From contig CAVHFU010000031.1 in the NCBI GenBank assembly GCA_963635575.1, positions 1-17,155 of the forward strand: 17,155 bases of DNA. The letters run 5' to 3'. The DNA is from a bacterium (GTDB lineage Bacteria; Bacillota; Clostridia; TANB77; RGIG9151). Of the stretch, positions 1 to 7,763 are shown in pieces. Below the pieces are notes generated by a model. That model made no database searches, was not told where the DNA came from, and worked only from the letters and a program-made list of their open reading frames with translations. The first letter of the stretch is position 1, and every line of letters begins with the position of its first letter. The translations under genes were made by a program, and so were the position numbers.

Positions 1-39
1 TTTGAAATCTTCATCATAACTTTTATATTGTCTTGCCAT
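1..39 (-). CDS. 5' end of a transposase-like ORF running off the left edge (probable IS3-family OrfA, HTH N-terminus)
   Basis: This ORF is too short for the ORF track. The minus strand reads GAGGTG-5nt-ATG GCA AGA CAA TAT AAA AGT TAT GAT GAA GAT TTC AAA, giving MARQYKSYDEDFK, with the ATG at 39..37. An opening of the form MAR-x-K-x-x-D/E-x-x-FK is typical of IS3-family OrfA proteins in Firmicutes, as recalled from memory. Only 13 codons are visible. Confidence 0.4.
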   Translation of the reverse strand, partial: MARQYKSYDEDFK

Positions 40-117
40 AGACACACCTCATTTCCTTAATTTGATATTATACCATATCGTTCGAAATTTCGTGTCTATG
101 TATCTATACTAACACCA
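1..117 (-). mobile_element. Putative left end of an IS3-like insertion sequence (terminal region, own promoter and start of orfA); boundary approximate
   Basis: The transposase-like ORF starts at 39. An extended -10 (TGGTATAAT, plus-strand 67..75) lies upstream of it. The ToxN-like reading frame loses its expected continuation at about 117..124, where the minus strand reads TTT ATA | TTGGTGTTAGTATAG. A TG dinucleotide at 117..116 would fit the usual IS3 5'-TG terminus. The other end and any target-site duplication lie outside the window. Confidence 0.35.
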
Positions 118-259
118 ATATAAAATAATCTAAATGTGTATCTATTAGTAAACAAGTATACGGACGTTCATACTTTAACATAAGTTCCGGATAAATATTT
201 ATAGGATAATCATTTATAAACTCAATAGATAATAAGGATATTTCCACATCATATTCCAT
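104..259 (-). pseudogene. Truncated type III TA toxin candidate (ToxN/AbiQ-like N-terminal 47-51 codons, then premature stop)
   Basis: This ORF is below the length cutoff of the ORF track. GGAGGTG (273..267) is followed by 7 nt and an ATG at 259..257. The translation is MEYDVEISLLSIEFINDYPINIYPELMLKYERPYTCLLIDTHLDYFILVLV*, with TAG at 106..104. The layout resembles ToxN/AbiQ N-termini (M-x-Y/F-x-V/I ... Y/F-I/L-x-x-Y/F ... RPY-hydrophobic strand ... Y-F/L-x-PL-S/T-S), but it ends where PLSS would be expected. Full-length toxins of this type are about 150-190 aa. Confidence 0.5.
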
Positions 260-278
260 ATTTTTACACCTCCGTTTT

Positions 279-313
279 AAAAAATCAGAGCATTCAATAT
301 TTAGAATGCTCTG
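279..313 (-). terminator. Rho-independent terminator between the repeat RNA and the toxin-like ORF
   Basis: The minus strand reads CAGAGCAUUC-UAAAUAUU-GAAUGCUCUG followed by AUUUUUU. This is a perfect 10-bp stem (313..304 pairing with 295..286), an 8-nt loop and a U6 tail. Confidence 0.85.
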
Positions 314-318
314 TTAGT

Positions 319-427
319 TTCTTCGCTCGGTCACTTTTTATTTTACCGATGTGTCAGAACCGTCACACATCTTCTTCGCTCGGTCACTTTTTATTTTACC
401 GACGAGTCGGAACCGTCACTCGTCATC
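319..427 (-). repeat. Two head-to-tail direct repeats (56 nt at 427..372 and 53 nt at 371..319)
   Basis: Unit 1 on the minus strand is GAU-GACGAGU-GACGGUUCCG-ACUCGUC-GGUAAAAUAAAAAGUGACCGAGCGAAGAA. Unit 2 is GAUGUGU-GACGGUUCUG-ACACAUC-GGUAAAAUAAAAAGUGACCGAGCGAAGAA. The 3' 31 nt are identical. The 7-bp hairpin stem differs at two base pairs, and both changes are compensated. Confidence 0.9.
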
Positions 428-451
428 TTTAGCGAATTCCCTTATAGTTAT

Positions 452-480
452 ATTATAGATAATAACTAGATACTTGTCAA
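452..480 (-). promoter_or_regulatory. Sigma-A type promoter driving the repeat RNA and toxin-like ORF
   Basis: The minus strand reads TTGACA (480..475), a 17-nt spacer (AGTATCTAGTTATTATC) and TATAAT (457..452). Both hexamers match consensus. Confidence 0.7.
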
Positions 481-500
481 CACAAATTATGTCGACAAGT
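472..500 (-). other. 11-bp inverted repeat overlapping the -35 box; possible weak hpf terminator or operator
   Basis: The minus strand reads ACUUGUCGACA-UAAUUUG-UGUUGACAAGU, with all 11 positions paired including one G-U. The 3' arm contains the TTGACA -35 element. The downstream sequence is only moderately U-rich (AUCUAGUUAUUAUCU). Confidence 0.35.
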
Positions 501-561
501 GTCAATCATCTACATATATAATATATGACAAAAGAGCTAACTTATACACTATAACTCAATC

Positions 562-1086
562 CTATTTCTCAGGTTCCAAAATTCCGAAGTTGCCATCTCT
601 TAATCTAAATAGCACATTAGTTTCTTGTGTATCGGAATTGTTAAATACATAGAAAGATTTATCAGAATCTCTTAATTCAAGCATTACATCTTCAACAGTC
701 ATAGGCTTTGTGTCAAAAGTCTTAACCTTTGTAATTTCTCCTTCTGTCATAATAGGTAATTCGATATTCGCATATTTGGCAGATAAACTGTCATCTTTTG
801 TTTGTCTTTCTTTCTTTGTTTTTGTCTTTCTGATTTGACCTTCAAGTAAGTCTATTCCTTTATCAATAGAAACATATAAATCATCATTCGTAGCCTCTAC
901 TCTATATGTATTTCCTTCAAAGAAAATTGTAACACCTAAAATATGTCTTTTCTTCTGTACACTAAATGTAACATTTGCTTCTGTGTCTTCATTAAAGAAC
1001 TTTTCAATTCTAGACAATTTTTTTTCTGCATACTCCTTCATTGCTTGTGTAACTTCTACGTTTCTTCCTGTCATAATGTACTTCAT
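562..1086 (-). CDS. hpf: Ribosome hibernation promoting factor, long form (S30AE/RaiA N-domain plus C-terminal dimerisation domain)
   Basis: The protein begins MKYIMTGRNVEVTQAMKEYAEKKLSRIEKFF, and its C-terminus contains KPMTVEDVMLELRDSDKSFYVFNNSDTQETNVLFRLRDGNFGILEP. Both are typical of Firmicute HPF/YvyD. I trimmed the start from the ORF-track 1125 to the ATG at 1086, which sits 7 nt after GAGGAGG. Confidence 0.9.
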   Translation of the reverse strand: MKYIMTGRNVEVTQAMKEYAEKKLSRIEKFFNEDTEANVTFSVQKKRHILGVTIFFEGNTYRVEATNDDLYVSIDKGIDLLEGQIRKTKTKKERQTKDDSLSAKYANIELPIMTEGEITKVKTFDTKPMTVEDVMLELRDSDKSFYVFNNSDTQETNVLFRLRDGNFGILEPEK

Positions 1087-1155
1087 AAAAATTCCTCCTC
1101 GTTGTTTTTTATATTTAGCATTCATACCTGAAACCAGATATGATGAAATATCAAA

Positions 1156-1470
1156 TTAAATCATTTTGTAGCTATTGTTTTTCACAATATCAAGTAACAA
1201 ATCAAAATTATCATCTTCAGCCATTTTGTTTTTTCTAATAGCACCGCATTTCTCACATTTATATATAATGATATATCCTTTTTTGGGGTTGTTCTCCATA
1301 CCGATAGGCTTTAACATTCCCTTGCATTCTTCAGCACGGTCGCCCGGCTCTTTATCTACATGTTTAGAATATAAACATGTAGGGCAATGGTTTCGGCAAG
1401 AATACCCAAGCGGTTTTACTTCATTACCACAATGTTCACAAACAAATGGCTCATCAATTTCAATAAACAT
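1156..1470 (-). CDS. RNHCP domain protein (zinc-ribbon, function unknown)
   Basis: The protein contains a literal CRNHCPTC motif plus CEHC and CEKC CxxC pairs, which matches the RNHCP family (Pfam PF12647, recalled from memory). It is 104 aa. Confidence 0.8.
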   Translation of the reverse strand: MFIEIDEPFVCEHCGNEVKPLGYSCRNHCPTCLYSKHVDKEPGDRAEECKGMLKPIGMENNPKKGYIIIYKCEKCGAIRKNKMAEDDNFDLLLDIVKNNSYKMI

Positions 1471-1499
1471 TTTCTCAATCCTAACATAAATAATTAAAC

Positions 1500-3020
1500 T
1501 TAACTAAGTGCAGATGCATATGTATGCGCTATATCTTTTTGCATATTTTCATAGTCAGTATCTAGTAATTTCAAGAACGCATTAACAACAAATTCATCAA
1601 ACTGAGTGCCTTTTCCCTTCTCTAATTGCTCTATCGCTTGAGAAAGTTCCATTTTAGTTCTATAAACCCTATCCGATGTCATTGCATCAAAAGCATCTGC
1701 TACACTAATAATTCTAGCTAAAAGTGGAATTTCCTCCCCTTTTAATCCATGCGGATACCCTCTTCCGTCTATTCTTTCGTGGTGATATTCAACCAATGGA
1801 ACAATATCCTTAAACATTGACATAGCTGATAATATATTTGCACCCTTTAGTGGATGTTTCTTTATTTCGTTATATTCATCATCATCTAATCGTGAATTTT
1901 TTAGCAAGATATCGTCATTAGTTCCAATTTTACCTATATCATGGAATATACCACCTATTTTTAGTCTCTCTATATCTGCTTCAGGCAATCCCATAGCTTG
2001 TCCTATTCTAGAAGCATAATAAGATACTCTGTCCGAATGACCTCTGGTATAATAGTCTTTAGCATCAACCGCAAGTCTTAAAGTTTCGATTGTGTCCATA
2101 TAACGTTTTTTTAATTCTGCATATGTCTCAACCAATTCGTCATTTTTCAAGTTAATTAAAGAATGCATTTGAGCATTATTTATAGCGGATGCAGCTTGTT
2201 TTGCATATATTTCTAAAAGCTTTAGGCAATCAGCATATTTATCACTCTCTATGTATAAGACACCTACTCCAGCAGAAGTATCGGTAACAAGCGGAATTAT
2301 AACTTCATTCGGCTTAGATATGGTTTGCCTTGTGCTTCTTGCATAACCGATATCAGTCATAAAGTCAGGTGACATAGAATCCATAAATATATCAATATCA
2401 CAGTTGTATTTTCCTATTCCTCTAAAAATACTCTTTTTAGCAGTGTCATCAGAAGAAACTATATCGTCTACAAGTATAAATGCATTTTCACTATATACAA
2501 GAGGCATAAGCTGAACAAGTATTTCCGCCAATATATTATCAAACGGTTGAAGTTGATAGATTTTAGGCAATGCGTTTATTATGTTATTTAATCCGTCCTT
2601 AAACTTTGAAATCGTTCTTTTTTGAGCAACAGACTTAAGGGCCGATTCAATTAAAAGCATAAGTTGATCAAATCTATCACTTTTTTCACAGTAGCATTGT
2701 ATATCGAGATTTTCCATCGTTTCAAGTGGAGGAGCTAAATCTTTGTGACCTGTAAGTAGCAGTATATATAAATCTTCGTCAAACTCTCTTATTAATTCTA
2801 CCATCTTATCGCCATTTATAGGTTGCATTATAAAGTCAAGAATCAACAAATCAAATTTATCCTTTTTAATTAACTCAATCGCGTCAAGAGGATTAGTTAC
2901 ACCAACGTACTCACAATTTTTACGTTTTAGTAAAATAGACACAGAATCTAAGATACCTATGTCATCATCAACAACAATAACCTTATATCTTTCTTCTGTG
3001 TTTCTGTTCCCTCTTCTCAT
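1500..3020 (-). CDS. Response regulator with receiver domain, central GAF-like region and HD-GYP domain (putative c-di-GMP phosphodiesterase)
   Basis: The N-terminal REC domain is recognisable (KVIVVDDD...LLILDFIMQ...LLLTGH). The C-terminus carries HDIGKIG and HHERIDGRGYP, which are the HD and GYP motifs. I trimmed the start to the ATG at 3020 (MRRGNRN), which lies 8 nt after GAGGGGAG. Confidence 0.85.
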   Translation of the reverse strand: MRRGNRNTEERYKVIVVDDDIGILDSVSILLKRKNCEYVGVTNPLDAIELIKKDKFDLLILDFIMQPINGDKMVELIREFDEDLYILLLTGHKDLAPPLETMENLDIQCYCEKSDRFDQLMLLIESALKSVAQKRTISKFKDGLNNIINALPKIYQLQPFDNILAEILVQLMPLVYSENAFILVDDIVSSDDTAKKSIFRGIGKYNCDIDIFMDSMSPDFMTDIGYARSTRQTISKPNEVIIPLVTDTSAGVGVLYIESDKYADCLKLLEIYAKQAASAINNAQMHSLINLKNDELVETYAELKKRYMDTIETLRLAVDAKDYYTRGHSDRVSYYASRIGQAMGLPEADIERLKIGGIFHDIGKIGTNDDILLKNSRLDDDEYNEIKKHPLKGANILSAMSMFKDIVPLVEYHHERIDGRGYPHGLKGEEIPLLARIISVADAFDAMTSDRVYRTKMELSQAIEQLEKGKGTQFDEFVVNAFLKLLDTDYENMQKDIAHTYASALS

Positions 3021-3133
3021 AAGAAAACTCCCCTCACATTTCCAAACATCATGGAAAAAACTCATACTAAACATTCCAACGTTTATGATATCGGCAAAAA
3101 GTCGTTTTATATTAACAATTTAGCAAAACAAAT

Positions 3134-3586
3134 TCAACTTTCAACGGTATCTCCTTTTTTTGTATAGCTAATTACAAGCATTATACATCCTACTACTATG
3201 CATATATCTGCAAAGTTAAATACGGGCCAAAACTTGAAATCAATAAAATCAACAACATACCCTCGAATTAATCTATCAATGTAATTCCCGACAGCTCCCC
3301 CTACCACTAAACTTCCGGCAAAAGTCTCAAATTTAGTAGGTCTTGACCTTATTAAAAACACAATAATTGCCAAAATAAAAATCGGTATAAGTATCTTTAG
3401 TAAAATATCATATTTATTAAAAAAACCCCATGCCGCACCATAATTTTCAACATACGTAAAAGACAAAATTTTATCTATTAGTACAATTTCATCTCGATAT
3501 AAGTTTAAAACTATAAATGCCTTGGTAATCTGATCAATTAAAATAGTGATAATACCGATTATTATACTTATCAATCCTATTCCCAT
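3134..3586 (-). CDS. lspA: Lipoprotein signal peptidase (signal peptidase II)
   Basis: The protein has the NYGAAWGF and FNFADICIV motifs (catalytic Asp regions) and four hydrophobic segments. I trimmed the start to the ATG at 3586 (MGIGLISIIIG...DQITK) after GGAGGG. The resulting 150 aa fits the usual LspA size. Confidence 0.85.
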   Translation of the reverse strand: MGIGLISIIIGIITILIDQITKAFIVLNLYRDEIVLIDKILSFTYVENYGAAWGFFNKYDILLKILIPIFILAIIVFLIRSRPTKFETFAGSLVVGGAVGNYIDRLIRGYVVDFIDFKFWPVFNFADICIVVGCIMLVISYTKKGDTVES

Positions 3587-3698
3587 TTTCCCTCCAATTT
3601 CAAAAGAGACACCATAAACAGCGGTCATATCCGCCAACACAATTGGTTTTAATTGCATTCGGTATTTCCGTTTTATTTAAGGTATCCCCTTTAACATT

Positions 3699-5666
<1,968 letters not shown>

Positions 5667-5687
5667 TTAATTCATTCCTTTCTAACC

Positions 5688-5960
5688 TTACATATCAAAT
5701 AGATTTCCTTCGGAATTTTCCGAACGTTTTAATAATGTAACGGAAGATATATTAGTTAAATAAACTTTATCTTTATTTTTCTTTCTTACTATAACAAAAG
5801 TCTTAGGGATATCCGAACATATAGTTTCCACGATTCCCATTTCCTCTGCTTTTTTTAAGTATATTTGAGTGTTTTTAGAAACACTCGCTGTATCCAAATT
5901 ACAAACAGCAACAATATCCTTCTGGTTTACATATACATCATTACCCAAATGTAAAAACAT
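5688..5960 (-). CDS. remB: DUF370 family protein (RemB-like extracellular matrix/biofilm regulator family)
   Basis: The sequence MFLHLGNDVYVNQKDIVAVCNLDT...VYLTNISSVTLLKR is typical of about 90-aa DUF370 proteins found just upstream of gyrB in Bacilli and Clostridia. The ORF-track start at 5975 is a GTG embedded in the RBS-like GAGGTG, so the ATG at 5960 is preferred. Confidence 0.75.
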   Translation of the reverse strand: MFLHLGNDVYVNQKDIVAVCNLDTASVSKNTQIYLKKAEEMGIVETICSDIPKTFVIVRKKNKDKVYLTNISSVTLLKRSENSEGNLFDM

Positions 5961-5993
5961 AATACTCACCCACACACCTCAAATCACAGTTAG

Positions 5994-6022
5994 ATAATAT
6001 CATTAATGCATTTAATAGTCAA
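5994..6022 (-). promoter_or_regulatory. Candidate promoter for remB-gyrB
   Basis: The minus strand reads TTGACT (6022..6017), a 17-nt spacer and TATTAT (5999..5994). Confidence 0.5.
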
Positions 6023-6056
6023 ACATTTTACGCTTTAATTTTCAAAAAAACAGTTG

Positions 6057-7631
6057 TTAAAATGTATCTTCATTCTTAGTTAACACAATATTATTCATTC
6101 CATTATAAATGTTGTTTATTTGTGGCTTTATTTGTTCGCCAAATTCCCTTGTATAAAACACCGTAGATGTTTCAAAATATAAACCTAGCATCGGTAATTT
6201 ATCAAACAAAATACTTTGCATTTTATCGAAATATTCTAATTGTTTGCTCTCTAAAATTTCATGCTTCGCAAGATAAACCAGATAGTCATATTCTTCATCT
6301 TTAAATCCGAATACATTACTTTTCGAGTTACTTTCAAAGTTGTATAAAAATTCCGGATAGTCTGTAATCGACCAATCAGTAACAGCTAGATCATAAGCAT
6401 ATGATTTAACGGCAGTATTATACTCCTCTCCTACTTTCGCAACAATGTTTATTTTCACACCTATTTTATCCAAATCATTCTTTATATACTCAGCCTTATT
6501 ATTCATACCTTTAGCATCACTATTTATAAGTAAACTAAATTCTAACTTATTCCCATCTTTGCTTCTAACAGAATTCCTTTGCTCCCAACCCGAATTTGTT
6601 AATAAATCTTGTGCTCTTTCAGGATTAAAAGCATATTTTTTCATACTCTTTGAATACAAATATGAATTAGGATTAATAGGCAAATCAGAATATATCCCAT
6701 AGCCATATAGTTCTTTTTCAATAATATAATCTCTATTAATTGCAAGTATCATCGCCTGTCTTATAACTTTGTCTTTTAGCACCTCATTTTGAGGGTTAAA
6801 TGTTATTCCTTCAAAAATACTCGTTACATATTTAGAATTATTATACGCACTCCTACCGTAAGCTCCAACTTCGGTGTTAGTATCAGCAATATCTATTTCG
6901 CCAAGTTTTAGTAAGTCAAATCCAGGTCTTGTTTTTGCAATAATCTTTACATCAATGTCTTTAATATTACCTGTTGATTGGATATAATAATTATCATTAT
7001 ATTTCAATGATATAAGGTCCTTATTGTTCGTAATAACCTCGTAAGGGCCTGTTCCGACATATCTTGATTCAGTAGCAAAATCTGATTTTTTGTAAACATT
7101 CTCACATAATATAGGAAAATTTAATTTCTCAGGCAAAAAATTATCATAATCGTTTAATTCTATTTTTATTTTGGAATCAGACAAAATTTCAACACTTTTA
7201 ATATTTTGTATATTATATATATAATACGATTGTTCACCTAATTCTCTTATTTTATTAATAGTGAAAGCGACATCAGAGGATGTAAACTTATCCCCATTAT
7301 GGAAATAAACATCATCTCTTAATGTAACTTCCCACTCTAGGTTATCATCCGTCAAAAGTAATTTGGCAAGTTGAGGTTCAGCTTTTAATTCATCATTTTT
7401 CTTAGTAAGCCCTTCAAAAACAAGATTACATACCTCATGTACATACTTATTCTTAGAAATTAAAGATAAATAATAGTCAGGTTCAATCATCAAAATATTA
7501 ATCTTTTCGTTTGGTTGATCAGCTTTCGCTTTTAACTCAGGCTGGACTTTATCTTTATTAATAAATAAAACTGTTAAACAGCTTATACACATAAATATAA
7601 TAGTAGATAAAGCTATAAATTTTACTTTCAT
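6057..7631 (-). CDS. ABC transporter substrate-binding protein, family 5 (peptide/nickel, OppA/DppA-like), N-terminally anchored
   Basis: The layout is SBP_bac_5-like (LVFEGLTKKNDELKAEPQLAKLL...EWEVTLRDDVYFHNGDKFTSSDVAFTINK), with an N-terminal hydrophobic anchor MKVKFIALSTIIFMCISC. I trimmed the start to the ATG at 7631, downstream of AAAGGAAA. No cognate permease or ATPase genes are adjacent. Confidence 0.85.
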   Translation of the reverse strand: MKVKFIALSTIIFMCISCLTVLFINKDKVQPELKAKADQPNEKINILMIEPDYYLSLISKNKYVHEVCNLVFEGLTKKNDELKAEPQLAKLLLTDDNLEWEVTLRDDVYFHNGDKFTSSDVAFTINKIRELGEQSYYIYNIQNIKSVEILSDSKIKIELNDYDNFLPEKLNFPILCENVYKKSDFATESRYVGTGPYEVITNNKDLISLKYNDNYYIQSTGNIKDIDVKIIAKTRPGFDLLKLGEIDIADTNTEVGAYGRSAYNNSKYVTSIFEGITFNPQNEVLKDKVIRQAMILAINRDYIIEKELYGYGIYSDLPINPNSYLYSKSMKKYAFNPERAQDLLTNSGWEQRNSVRSKDGNKLEFSLLINSDAKGMNNKAEYIKNDLDKIGVKINIVAKVGEEYNTAVKSYAYDLAVTDWSITDYPEFLYNFESNSKSNVFGFKDEEYDYLVYLAKHEILESKQLEYFDKMQSILFDKLPMLGLYFETSTVFYTREFGEQIKPQINNIYNGMNNIVLTKNEDTF

Positions 7632-7665
7632 ACAAACATTTCCTTTCACACAAAGCTACCATCTA

Positions 7666-7694
7666 ATAATATAATTTATATAAAATTTTTTCAA
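7666..7694 (-). promoter_or_regulatory. Candidate promoter for the substrate-binding protein gene
   Basis: The minus strand reads TTGAAA (7694..7689), a 17-nt spacer and TATTAT (7671..7666). The AT-rich background makes chance matches likely. Confidence 0.35.
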
Positions 7695-7716
7695 TAATAT
7701 TATAAACATTTTATGC

Positions 7717-7749
7717 AAAAAGAAAGACCTTGAAAATTCAAAGCCTTTC
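7717..7749 (-). terminator. Rho-independent terminator after mgtE
   Basis: The minus strand reads GAAAGGCUUUGA-AUUU-UCAAGGUCUUUC followed by UUUUU. The stem is 12 bp, including two G-U pairs. Confidence 0.75.
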
Positions 7750-7763
7750 GCTAAATACATTTT

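Larger units (their letters stand above)
279..446 (-). ncRNA. Candidate type III antitoxin RNA transcript (promoter-proximal leader, two repeats and terminator)
   Basis: The transcript is bounded by a consensus promoter (TSS expected near 445) and the terminator at 313..279. It has no ORF or RBS. It contains tandem structured repeats directly upstream of a ToxN-like ORF. Confidence 0.55.

Noticed and set aside
83-92. A perfect 10-bp palindrome, CGAAATTTCG, upstream of the transposase-like ORF.
   Set aside because: It is short and AT-cored, so it could arise by chance. Without the rest of the element there is no way to tell whether it is part of an IS inverted repeat or a binding site.
319-427. 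The tandem repeats interpreted as a CRISPR array.
   Set aside because: There are only two units. They abut directly with no spacers, the unit length (53-56 nt) is too long for CRISPR repeats, and no cas genes are present. The promoter/terminator framing points to a discrete small RNA instead.
1087-1125. N-terminal extensions in the ORF track. Examples are hpf 1125, the HD-GYP gene 3074, lspA 3658, remB 5975, the substrate-binding protein gene 7649, mgtE 9128, the TetR gene 14385 and the small membrane protein gene 14775.
   Set aside because: The longest-ORF starts lack a properly spaced Shine-Dalgarno sequence, and several are GTG codons embedded within the RBS itself. Internal ATG/TTG codons 5-9 nt after GGAGG-like sequences give N-termini that match the family norm.
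1175-1489. A 104-aa plus-strand ORF mirroring the RNHCP gene, with the same length as the minus-strand ORF.
   Set aside because: The minus-strand product carries the CRNHCPTC motif and paired CxxC zinc-ribbon motifs. The plus-strand product is a featureless hydrophobic, Ser-rich sequence with no RBS.
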